A DNA stretch of 64,000 bases from Callorhinchus milii (taxonomy: Eukaryota). Below are positions 38,594 through 50,224 of this stretch, piece by piece. The notes beneath the pieces were generated by a model. It did no database searches, had not been told where the DNA came from, and saw only the letters and a list, made by a program, of their open reading frames with translations. How positions within the stretch are numbered: the first letter of the stretch is position 1; each line of letters starts with the position of its first letter. The stretch spans positions 99,264,001 through 99,328,000 of the forward strand of contig NW_024704742.1 in NCBI RefSeq assembly GCF_018977255.1, read 5' to 3'. The translations under genes were made by a program, and so were the position numbers.

Positions 38594-39215
38594 CGGCTGA
38601 AATTCCATCTGGGTCTAGATCTACTCTATGTCCGACATTGTAGGGCCAATTAATTTTAAAATTTGCAATACAGCAGAAAATTCATTCATTTAGCCTAAAT
38701 TAAAAATGATAAATAATTTGGTCACTCTATCCACGACAGTTTGTGGAACACTAGTGTGTACAATTCGGTGCCACATTTTGCCCACAAATTAAACAGAGTA
38801 AACACTTTACAATTTGTTCTGTGAACCGTTTTGAACCATTTCAAAGACGTGATAAGACACTATATCAAATGCAAGGATTATTATTATAAATTTCACAAGT
38901 CATTTCGTTCTAAGAATGGTGGAAAACTAGCTTCATAATTCGGACTAAGAATTTTATACACAAATTCTGCGTGACCTTAGATTTTGCAACAAAATTTACT
39001 TGCAGCATAAGACAGTGGAATTTAGAACCTTATTTTCTGTGCATTACAGAGTGCACAGAATTTTAATCTTTACTTTGAAGCTGCTTTCTGTAGTTCTTAC
39101 AAATTAAAGAAAAATGATTTCAAAAATTAAGACTGAATTTAGGAATTTGCCAAATTCTGATTGCTCTGAAATGCTAAGAAATTAGAGGGAATCTGGATCC
39201 AAGTGGAATTTCCCT
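38594..39215. mobile_element. MITE-family copies with a SINE (38700-38888) inserted
   Basis: ctgaaattccatctgggtctagatct left TIR; gtggaattt right TIRs near 39020 and 39205. Confidence 0.6.
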
Positions 39216-40780
39216 TCCCAGAATTTTATTCTGCTCTGATCGAGTTTGTTGATTTTGGTGAGTCAGAGGAAATCAGGAGCCTACATTTTAAAGCCTTTTC
39301 ACTGTGCCATGGTTATTTTACTTCATTTAATAAGAGCAACAATAATAATCCTGTTATTTAACATAGCGGGGCGTTATCAATTCGCCGAGATGTTTCAAAG
39401 CATTTCATAGAATATATTGTGAAGTGGAGTGACTATATATTTTGTGGACAAATGCAGCAGCCGATTTTAGGCACAGCAATGTCAAAAACAGTTATGAGTG
39501 AATGACCAACTTTATTTAATTTGCTCCTTTTGAAGGATGTGATTCCAGCTCCAGTTTGCATGAACAGATATCAGCTGAACCTTGCTCAAGTGGCTGTTCT
39601 TCATTTGTAAATTTAGACATTGGGGTTCACAAAGTGATTCATGAAAGGATTTTCAAACAGAGGACCTGCAATCCCACATAGGCACCAATCTCTGACTGGA
39701 GCATCAGGACCTCCTTTGGTTGCAATCAAGAGGCAGAATTGCCATTTCAAATTAAACAACACAGGGTTAAATTAACTTCCAATTATTAAGATAAATGGAA
39801 ATCATAAATAATAGTTTTGCAAGATTTTTGTTTTGTTCAGCCAGGTATCTGACTCAAACAAAACCCATCACTTTGCTTAGGCTGTCTCAGTTGATAACAT
39901 TCTTGCTCCTGAGTCAGAAGATTGTGAAAAGAGGGAATTGGTGAACAGAAGACCATCCCCCACTCCCCCTACTAAATATAAGGCCTGTTCCTAGCTGAAT
40001 AAGATGTCAATCTAGACTGAACAGACAAATGTCCTGATTTTGTAGCTGTTTTGGATAGTCTTTATGCACAGTCATGGAGTAGCGGATTTTGAGGTTGCTA
40101 AGAGATGGGAGCCTTATATTTCTTTTTGGATCAACGACTAAATTGACTGTGATTTTCATCATAGCAGGAGTATTTTGACATTACTGTTGAACTTGTCCTT
40201 GTGCAGTGACATTCCATTTCAAACATCGCACCCTGACACCAAATGTCACCACTTAGGGCTCATTCAACAGAAACATCAAAATACCTCCGCAACAATTAAA
40301 ACTCACACTCAGCACATTCGAAGGACAAAAAGGTAAGTTTCTGCCTGTTATCAAAGTTAATGTTCAACTCCTTTTATCCTCCTTCCTCAGTTATCCATTT
40401 GTTACACCCGTTCCCCATTCAGCTTCGCTTCAGTCCTTTAAAAGTGTTATTCTCTTTAAAAAGGGCTCCTTCCATGGGGCCACTTTTTCACACTGCCACA
40501 TAGGATTACCTCAATTCTGATATTATTCTATTGCCAGACCTGTCACCCTTGCCTATGAGCTCATCTGTGACCTGTGTTTAAACCCATAATCTTGTGACCT
40601 AAAGACCAGGGGTTTCCCAACTGAACTCACCTGAACAGCTCACCTATCTCTATAGCCTTGATGTGTCCATGCAATGCATCCTCTTGTTTTGCTTTTCCAT
40701 ACTGCTGTTTGTTGTTCTTGGTTTTCTATTTGCTTTATTTATTTGCATATCAAAAGATTAGGATTTCCCTTCCACTAAAA

Positions 40781-40922
40781 CCCATGGTAGCCAAACTTTT
40801 TGATTGGCCAACAAAATAAATGTTTCTTTATTGAATATTTATTGATTTTTGGCATAAATCTATGCTGATTTATTATTTCTATGATTATTTTGTTGGCCAA
40901 CCAAAAAGTTTTGTAACCACTA
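40781..40922. mobile_element. hAT (Charlie-like) MITE
   Basis: ~38-bp TIRs catggtagccaaactttttgattggccaacaaaataa / ttattttgttggccaaccaaaaagttttgtaaccacta; degenerate 8-bp flanks cactaaaa/ctctaaga. Confidence 0.75.
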
Positions 40923-42115
40923 CTCTAAGACTATGTGAAGTGATATGGGGGTCATCATTGTGAGTACATCTCCTAGGAGGGCTGGCCTCAGTGAGCATAC
41001 AGGGTCCCACCAGGCATTTGTATGTGGACAATCGATAGCCATTCACTTGGGATTGATATTGTAGTATATCCAATTTGAGGAGTTTGATCGCCCTTCACAA
41101 AGAGCAAGCGGAGATACTGGAACTCAGAACTACCTTGAGCACTTGGTCACTAGGCTGCCGGCGAGGCCATCCGGTCATCTGACTTGCTCAGGTGGTCTGA
41201 AGACATGGTTCAAGTCTGCATTGTCCTTTGGCAATTTGGGGTCGAGAAGAGTTTGAGGGGATGGGGCTTATCTGCGGGGACAACCCTCGTTCTCAAAGTG
41301 GAATGTTTCTGTCTAATTCTGTCAATGGGGGTGAGCAGGCTATTCTTAAGTCCTTTATGTTCATTATTTATTTGGATAATTAATATCTCCCTTTTATTCA
41401 CACATTTTATTCAACTTTTTCTTCTTGCCTACTTTTTAGCAGTGGAGTACTGAACCTCCTGTTCCCTGCTTCCATAACTTTCCTTTTACCTGCTGTGTTG
41501 CCTCCCTCCTCACTCTCTTTATTACCGCTCTCTTTTGCCCTCTACCTTTTTGGCTCTCTCATTTTGTCTCTTTCTGTTCCCACATCTCTCTCCAGAAGCA
41601 ACCACACATATAACATAGGACCAGTCCTGACACTGAGCAGGAGCTCCCTTTGTAAAGCTTATTCAAAATCTAATTCAAATGTTAAACCAATTGGCTCTAT
41701 ACTTTCCAATGTCAATTAAAGTGTGATTGTTTTATGTACCATGCATCACTCTGGCACCAGCACAAATAAATCTTTATCTATTTAATAATAAAAAGGCAGA
41801 GAGCAGGAAGCAAATAGGGTTAAGACTGATATTCAATTATTTTCTATTTACAGCACAAATGGGGGAATTGCATGTGTTTTCTCCAATGTGGTGTTTATTT
41901 CTGCAGCTAAATATATGTGGAAAATGTAGATTCCCACTGTAGGTGCCTGTTAATGGGTATGTAACAAGTCTGCAATCACACTATTCAGCAAGCAGACGGT
42001 TTGACAAAGAGATATAAACCTTCTGAAACTGTTGGATGTTTAATGGAAGAAAACTGACTCTTTTTTTTCCCCTTTCCTTGGATCACTGTAGTCTCTCGCT
42101 GTCATGTTTTTCCAG

Positions 42116-42124
42116 TAATGACTG
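42116..42124 (+). CDS. Candidate 9-nt microexon TAATGACTG (unverified)
   Basis: Branch-like actgac, long pyrimidine tract, tttttcCAG acceptor, CTG|GTAAGA donor, TE-free flanks. Confidence 0.25.
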
Positions 42125-42949
42125 GTAAGAGCCTGTACAGAGGAGCTGAGGCACAGAGCAGCAATTGAGATGTCTGTAACCACCTAGAGTTTTCATGACA
42201 CACAAGCAGTAAACAATGAGCCTTTGACTCGGTTCCAGCTGTTTGTACAGGGACAGACTACTGTAGGGAAAAAGAAACCTTGTTCATTCCACAATAAAGG
42301 CAGCTTGGAACCAGGACAGCCGAGGATCAATTTGATGCATTGAGAAGTCAGCCGTTCGGGCTATCAGCCCAACCTATCAGAGGCTGGCAGGAAAAGTGGG
42401 TCATGTGAGTGGGAGGCATTATTCCTGAGGAAAGGATGAAGAGGGAGCAAGTGGGGGAGGGGGGTAACAAGCTGCTGCAACTGAACATACGCTACCTGCC
42501 TCTATACAATTGCACAGTTATTGGGACCAGAGTTTATTATTACTAGAGAGCTGCGATGAAATCCATCATAATCGTAGATTTTGGGAACTATCGAATGAAA
42601 GTGGGTCCGAGTGGGGAATCGTTGTCTGTGACAAAAGGTGTACAATTTATTTTAGATGCGGGGCGGAGTAGTATGAATGGCTGTGTTGCTTATCTTATTC
42701 ACAGGGCTTTGTACTCCCTCACTTATCTCTGTCTAACCACATCTGCTGGTAACGTGACTCACATTCAGTTAACCCAGCAGTTTAGCTATCACTTTGCGCG
42801 CAGCTTTCCCCCCACAGCTGGCGATTCATCCCAGCTATGGGTGATTTATTATTAATGATGCAAGTGGTTTGTCTTGCTTCTGTTTACATCCCAATGAAGC
42901 AGGTTCATTTTTTGCTGCAAGTTACCAAACCGGGGATACAAATTTGTGG

Positions 42950-43316
42950 ACCTGTCTACCTCTGTGACCTACTAACTCCATATCAACCTGTCCGCTCCCT
43001 CCGCTTAGCAGACTCTGACCTGCTCCTTGTCCCCCTGCCCACCCCGCCCTACCTTCAGCGAGTGGGACTTCAGCCTTTCTGCCCCCAACCTTTGGAACTC
43101 CATCCCACAGTCATTTCGCCTCTCTCTGTCCCTTGCCTCCTTCAAGGCATGACTCAAGACCTTCAACCATGCCTTTGGCCACCCTCCTACCCCTATCTTC
43201 TCTGACTCCAACCCCCTGAATCCAACCCCCTGCTCAGGTCCAAATCCCTAACTGTCCAGCGCCTTGAGACATCCTTGTGATGTGAAAGGCGCTATACAAA
43301 TGTAATTTGTTGTTGT
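42950..43316 (+). mobile_element. L2 3' end
   Basis: PVYLCDLLTPYQPVRSLRLADSDLLLVP; tail gtgaaaggcgctatacaaatgtaattt(gtt)n. Confidence 0.85.
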
Positions 43317-43374
43317 CCAGGCTCAAATGTGAAAGTATCATTGACTGGTGAGCACCATTTGACATGAAAGCGGA

Positions 43375-43628
43375 AAAACTCAGTCAGATTTCCTGTAGCT
43401 TACCATGGTCCATTGACCTTTGTTGAAAATTTGGAGGACAGTTTTGTGAAGACTGGATCCTACTCAGCCTCCCAAGGTCAGAAAACCTGCCAAAGCTCAC
43501 TCTCTAGGCTCGCACACAAAGACTGGCCATTTCTGTGAGGTCCTGGACGGTGGCCAATGCCAATCACATATTACTCCAACAAAGTGTCAGATCCCTTCAG
43601 GAGAAGAGAAGGGGGAGAGAATTGGCAG
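43375..43628 (+). mobile_element. AmnSINE2-like 3' half
   Basis: gctcactctctaggctcgcacacaaagactggccattt...ccttcaggagaagagaagggggagagaattgg. Confidence 0.65.
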
Positions 43629-45814
43629 CAACAACACAAAAGCGTTTTGATGTTGCAATCATTTTTATTTTTGTTTATTTACAGGCCTAATCCCTTTAGG
43701 TTGCAAACAAATCCCTCCACAATATATACAACATATTAAGGGATTTGGGAAGCATCCAGATTGTTAGAGGTTGAATGCTGGAATTAAAAGGAGCTAAAGT
43801 CCCAGGTATTGAATTACATAAGACTTGCATAGCTATAGATGCAGCACAGTCCTATAGTCTTCACTTGAGAATTTTGCTAAACTGAATTTTCACCTCATCA
43901 AGTGACACAAATCCAAGTTTGTTGCATCAGAGGGAGAGAGAGAGAGAAAGACTCAATAATAATTTAAATTAAATCTGTGGTTTTAGCATCTGCCTCTGTG
44001 ATGGAAATAGGAGACAGAAATCATTCCTTCAACAAAGGGGGCACCACTAATGTATGGCAAAGGAACTTTTTTTGATCAGCGAGGTGTCTGACACATGTAA
44101 AAACCCATCACCATGCTTAACAGTATCCAAATCAAACTGAGAGTTTCATGCATCTCACCTATGCATGGAAATTCCTAAATTCGGAATGGAATGTGCACTC
44201 TCTCCCAGAGGGACATCCTGTTTAACATATTTCCTAGAGTATTTCACCATCTTTCAGAAAATGCTTCATCTGACATAGAACTGCTTTGCAGTTGCAAATG
44301 GTGCAACCAGATATTGAAAGCACACAAAAGACGACAAAATCTAGTGAGAATGCAGGAGTGAAATTAGTGACATCCAGAAATTTGGGCGATGCGAAAGTGT
44401 GAAATCAAACATTTTGAGAACCGCTGGTAATTTCATCTCATGGACCTTAGAGTTATTTAGTTGATCCCACTTGTTGGCTTTGAAAAGATGGAGAGAACTT
44501 ACTGTCACTTGTGGCTAACTCCCCCCCCCCCCCCCACACCCACCACCACCACCTCCCCCTTGTACTGCTTGTTAGAAACAGCAGTGATGGTAGATAGGCA
44601 CACTACTGTTCTGTGTTCAGGACTGTGCTAGGTATCATTACATTGCACCTACTCCTTAGCCTGTAAGGTTTCGTCTTACAATTTAAGGTCGTACAAAGTT
44701 GTGGAAAATTCTTAAATTCAGACTTAGTTTGAAAGCTAGCTTTTCACCGTTCCTAAAAAGAATGGGCTTCCAGGCTATGATAGGATTCAAACATTTTCTA
44801 TTATTCTGCATCGCCTTGAATTTTAAGGCAAAACAGACTTACCTTGGATGGATTCTGGGCCTATAGTGAGTTTGAGTAATCAAGACCCAACGTACCGCTA
44901 AACTCTTAGTGGGGTTGCTACAAATGGTCCCATTGGTCCTTGAACTAAGTGGCTTCCTTATCAGAGTATGGATGCCTTACAGGAGAAGAATAGCTGCTTG
45001 GCATCTCCATGCTAGTGGCATCATACTCAAGTATAACTTGCCACCTTCTGAAGCAGAAGCCAAAACCAGCAAATTAAAGAAAAAAAATAATATTCACTTG
45101 TAAAGCCTGCAATAAGAGGTTGGTTGAGTAACACATTTTTTTCCCCAATGGAGATAATTTGAAGATGAAAGATGAAGAGATTTCTCATGCAATCTATTTA
45201 CTATCACCTTCAGCCGTCCATGCAGTAACTTAAGATATAAAGAGGCCTGTAAGGATCAACAACAACAACTTGCATTTACCTGTATTTATATAGCACCCTT
45301 CACACGGGTTAGAGTCCCGGAGAGCTTGATAGTGGTGGAGTCTGACAACGAGCCAGAAAGAATAATTATCGGTCTTGGAACAAGCAATAGACCGTGAAAG
45401 TAAATAGTGCCATAAAAATATCTCCTTTAGAAATAACCTTAGCAAATTTCCAAATAGACTCAAGACAAAAGAATTGACTTATTATGAAAAAGAAATTAAA
45501 AATAAAATTACCAGTTTTGTTATGTGTGACGCAGATGCCTGCCTGGTACCTCCACAAGATGCCTCACATGAACAAAAGCTAACCAGGCCAAGATTAAATT
45601 AACTCAGTGTGATAAGGTTAAGGCATTTTACAACTATCACCATGCTAATTGAGAGATAAAGAAAGACTGTAAGGATGATTTCAATAATTGCAACAGATTG
45701 CTAAAGAAATACTGTGGAATTCAGTTCATTTAGAAAATCAATTACAATTAGAACTAATTTATTTACATTATAAAAAGGAGACAGTTCTGAGAAAGGTTAT
45801 ATGATGAACAAGAA

Positions 45815-46915
45815 TAACGAATAAGTAGGTCGGAGAGGTAGGGAGATGCCAAGACATGAAGGGATTTGAAAACGAGTGTTAGAATCTTGAAATCGATCCA
45901 TTCGGTGATAGGAAGCCAATGGAGCCTGGCTAGAACTGGTGCTATGTGTGTATGGAGTTTAGTACTGGTGACTATGTGGGTGGCAGAGTTTTAGATCAGC
46001 TGGATCTTGTGCATGGTGGAGCTGGGGAGACCGGCAAAGAGGGCATTTGAAAAGTCAAGTCGGGAGTTGACGAACACATGCACGAGTACGATGGGAGGTG
46101 GCAATGTGGCAGAGATGGAGGAAGCTGGTCCTGGTCAGGGACTGGATGTGGGGAAGGAAGGACAGCTGTGGGTCAAACCTGATGCCTAGGTTGCGCACTG
46201 GTTTGGTAAGTCTGAGGGATAGGCTGGGGAGGTTGAGGAGGTCAGAGCTACAGGATAGAAGACATTGAAGGAGCTAATGAGTATGGCTTCCGTCTTGTCA
46301 ACATTTATTTATAAGAAATTTTCCCTCATCCAGGCTCTGATGTGCATTAGACAAGCTGACAGAACACTGGTGGACCTGGAGTCACAGCTGGAGGAGAAGT
46401 AGATTTGTGTGTCATCCGCATACATGTGAAAGTTTACACTGAGTCTGTGCATGGGCAGTATCTGGGCAGTAGGTGGTGGGCTTCATCTGGGAGATGGTGG
46501 TTGAGAGGGAGGTGGGAGTAATCATGGCAAGGGAATGTAAGGAGGGGAAGTGGTAGGGCCGTGGTGGAAGGAGGGGGTGTAATAGATGGCTTGGGGGGTG
46601 CGGAAGGTGATGTAGGGGAGGAGGAGGCGACCAAGTGAATATTTTCAATCTTTGACACAAAGAAGTCTAGGATCTCTTTGCACTTGGCATTTGAAGTGAG
46701 GATGGAGATAATTTGGGAGGGGGGGGGGGTTGTGGGGTGCATGTAGGATGTGATGGATGATGGAGAACCGTGCCTTTGGGTTATTTTTGGTCTCCAAAAT
46801 GGTTTTGGAGAAAAAGATTGTGAGGCTGCGCTCGAGCCTCCAGGTTTGTGTTTAGAGGGAGGCAGAAGTGATTATTATACCAGGAGGAGTGGGTAGATTT
46901 GGAGACAAGGTCAAA
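45815..46915 (-). mobile_element. L2 ORF2 fragments including the RT catalytic motif; internally deleted
   Basis: Reverse complement of 46411-46434 reads NFHMYADD; also DKTEAILI, RNLG, LARLHWLP and CKEILDFFVSKIENI. Confidence 0.9.
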
Positions 46916-47367
46916 GCCCCCACATCGCCTGTCCTTGCAGGGTTCTCTTCAGTTGCAAATATTCTATTGACTTGTTGCCTCGATACTGAAATCTAAAACC
47001 AGTCAGGGCAAAAGAGTAGCCAAGGCTTGTTGAATAATGAGCAGAAGAACAGGGAGTGGGACTAGTTGGTATGTCTTTCAAAGAGCCGGATGGCCTCTTT
47101 CTGTGATGTAAGATTCTATGATTCTAAGAGGAGGCAAGGAAATCTGAAAGAAGTCAAAGAGGAGATAGGGAAGAAAGCGAATGAGATGAGAAACCACACA
47201 ACTTGCAAGAAATCAAAGATCGTTTCTAATATTGCTCTTGCTGACCATGTGACTAATTGAAGATTTTGGAAAGATATAGCTTTGTGCATTAAGTGAGCTT
47301 GCGAAACAATGCAAACCACTGAGGAGAATTGTCAGGTAAATTATCAAGTTCGCTTCTATTTTACCAT

Positions 47368-47560
47368 AAATCCACAGGAGGTCAATCAGCATCTGAAAGA
47401 GAGAAATAGGCTTGGGTTTGGAGAATTAGCATCATCCATCACTTCTGATGAGGGGTCCTGCCCCAAATGTTAACCTATTTTTCTCTTTCAGGTTTGACGT
47501 GACCTCCTGTGGATTTCCAGCCTTTCTCTTGTTATTTCAGATTTGCGGTATCAGCAAATT
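47368..47560 (+). mobile_element. Penelope-type terminal hairpin with a decayed hammerhead ribozyme core
   Basis: ~45-bp imperfect inverted arms aaatccacaggaggtca.../...tgacctcctgtggattt enclosing CTGATGA-gggg-tcctg-cccc-AAATGTT. Confidence 0.7.
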
Positions 47561-48109
47561 TTACTCTCACTTTTGCCTCGTACCTTCCAGCACCGTGTCT
47601 ACCCTGCACATTTGCTGATGAGTCGCCAAAGTTTTGGCAGCGATTTGTCACTGAGCGAGCGGTACAAACCAGGATCAAGCCAATGTGAAATGTGCTGGAG
47701 CCCTGCTCCTGACAGTACTTGGGGGAGATGATCTCAGAAGCAGTGTCATTCAACCTTGGCAGTATAAATGCTGCAGATTTGTATCCTTATGATACGATAA
47801 GGTACGGTATCTCTCTTCAAGCCAGGTCTTTTAACAGACTGCTTTTCACTGTTGGTAGGAATTTAAATTGCAGGACTGGCACTTTGATAAGATTAAAAAG
47901 TTAATGCTTGATTTTGCATTCTTCAGTTGCTTCAATTAGCTCACATGGTTGTGTTTTACAGCAAAATAGAGCAGGAGGCAGAAATTGAGCTTCCCACTCC
48001 ACATCATTTTACTTGAAGCAAAGAGTTCACTACCAGCTGTAATCTCAGAGTAGTGGTTACAGTATTCTTACCACTCTTCCCCGAGCCAGTCAAGCTCCAG
48101 TTACCTTAA

Positions 48110-48418
48110 ATAATAATAATAACAATCATTGCATTTGCTACAGCTTCTTATCATATCAGAATGGCTTAAAGCACTTTGCAGAACTTTCTGTGGTGCAGTG
48201 ACTGTGTATTTGTAGGCAAACACAACAGCCAATTTGCACATAGCAACATCCCACAAACAGCCAAGACACAATTGCCCATAGTTTTAATGTTGGGGGGGTA
48301 GGATTGACTGTCAGGACACCAGGAAAAACTGCCTTGTCTTTTAAGTTAGTCACAAGATCTTGAACATCCCCTGAACAGGCAGACGGGACCTTGGGTTAGT
48401 GTTTGATTTGAAGGACAG
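48110..48418 (-). mobile_element. DeuSINE-type SINE
   Basis: Tail plus gccaatttgcaca and cctgaacaggcagacgggacc core. Confidence 0.8.
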
Positions 48419-48464
48419 AGAGAGAGCTTTATATCTGACCTCAGCTTTATTGGAAAGAACATAT

Positions 48465-48556
48465 TGTAATGGACGCTGGGAACTGGGTGTGAGGAAGGCT
48501 CTTGGGTTGTACCTTAAATGGGAACGGAGCCTGTGTCAGCCTGAAAAAGGTGACTG

Positions 48557-48595
<39 letters not shown>

Positions 48596-48802
48596 GGAGC
48601 TTCAGGGAAGGAAACCCAGGCCCAGGAGGGATCAGGCACTGACTGCGAACACAGGTGCCTGCAACCCTCCAAAATCGCTTTGGGTAAAGAGTGTAGTGTG
48701 ACACTGTTGGGCTGTTGAGGTTTCAGTGAGAATAAACCTATTTTGATTGAACTGTCTGTGTGTGTGTCCATATCTGCCTGGCTCAGGGGACTCGCCATTA
48801 CA
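48465..48802 (+). mobile_element. Solo LTR (338 bp), probably Gypsy-type
   Basis: Termini TGTAATGG...CCATTACA (8-bp inverted), TATA-like cttaaat, AATAAA near 48731, flanks ATAT/ATAG as a near-perfect 4-bp TSD, internal (CT)n. Confidence 0.85.
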
Positions 48803-49395
48803 ATAGTAATAGTAGGAGCATTTAGACTCGTACATTTGACGGACTGAAAACCAATGCAAATCTATTGTGTTACCACAACCTCTGGCATTTAAACATCTTA
48901 TTCACATTTATTTCTGTTTCAAAATGAAAGAGGACAACAGAGGTAACACTTTAAACAGCAAAAAATCAAGGTCTTGACATCACATCTTTTCCTCATAATT
49001 TAGTGATAATGAATTTCATTTGCCAGTTCTTGTTATGTTCAACCAATATTTCAGAGATGTTTCTGCAATTTGAATGGTTCATTTACCAAGTTAATGACGA
49101 GAAATCAAAGATAGACATCTGCAGAGGAGCAAATATTTGAACTAACATCATTTGCTGTGTCATTTCTGTGGAGTAAAACATGGATTCACAGCGTGCTTCA
49201 CTGTCAAATCTGTCAAGAATTATTCTGTATTTCCTTTTGGGTCATGTTCTGATCTTTTTTTGAAATGTACCTTGCATGCCATAATAATTAAAGTTGTACA
49301 GTGCCTTGTTGGATGATATCAAACAACTTGAAAAACATCAAGAACAAGAAAACATGGGTGTTCGTGTCATGAAGGAGGTGTACAGGAGAGATCAG

Positions 49396-49617
49396 GAGAT
49401 AAATTTCACCTGGGACTAGGTTTACTCTATTCTCTTAGCATTTCAATGCTTGCAGAGTTTGGCAAATTTGGTCTCAGTTTTGAAGCTGTTTTTTCTGTAT
49501 TATTAAAATAATCTGCGGAAAGCTGACTTCAAAATTCAGACTGAATTTAAGAATTTACCAAGTTTTCCAAAATGCTGAGAACATTGTGCGTGTCTAGGCT
49601 TGGGTGGAATTTCTCTC
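49396..49617. mobile_element. Palindromic MITE, same family
   Basis: aaatttcacctgggactaggtttactctatt ... gtctaggcttgggtggaattt. Confidence 0.65.
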
Positions 49618-49861
49618 TTGCTAACTGTAAGAATCATTTGAGACTCGCACAAGTTATGGTGTTATGTTGTGATAATTCTTTATTTTCAAATTAGATGATT
49701 TGGAGGGAAACATCTTAAGGAGGAAAAAATGGACATAAAGAACACTGAATTTACACTTCCTGATAATATTGTACAAATAGCTTCCTGTTATTCATATTGC
49801 AATTCTTGAGTACATTTTCAACAATGCGCTCTCATTTGGGTTCATTCACTGCAAACCACAG

Positions 49862-50224
49862 TCCCCCTACTTACCTGACTGTACCCTCCGTTCCTCTGGC
49901 TCTGGTCTGCTCCACATCCCCCGCCCTAACCGCCCTACCATCGGTGGCCGGGCCTTCAGCCTCTCAGCCCCGAGGCTCTGGAACTCCATCCCCCAGTGCC
50001 TTCGCCGCCTCCTCCCTTTCCTCCTTCAAGGCCGGTCTGAAGACCTTTCTCTTTGACTGTGCCTTCAGCTCCCCTCTCGACTCCCTACCCCCTCCTCGCT
50101 CCCTCCCTTCCCTCCCCTCACCCTGACCATTTCCCCTCTGCTCGGGTCTTGACCCAACTGTACAGCGCCTTGGGACGTCCTCCCGACGTGATAGGCACTC
50201 TATAAATGAAATCTTGTTGTTGTT
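49862..50224 (+). mobile_element. Young L2 3' end
   Basis: Near-identical to 1570-1937. Confidence 0.92.

Noticed and set aside
40207..40332. 126-nt + strand segment ending in AAG|GTAAGT with one open frame
   Set aside because: Peptide unrecognisable, phase 2, and it overlaps the PBS/LTR-like relic; at most a cryptic exon.
40950..41340. GC-richer segment suggesting a coding or TE remnant
   Set aside because: No family motif recognised in the frames I examined.
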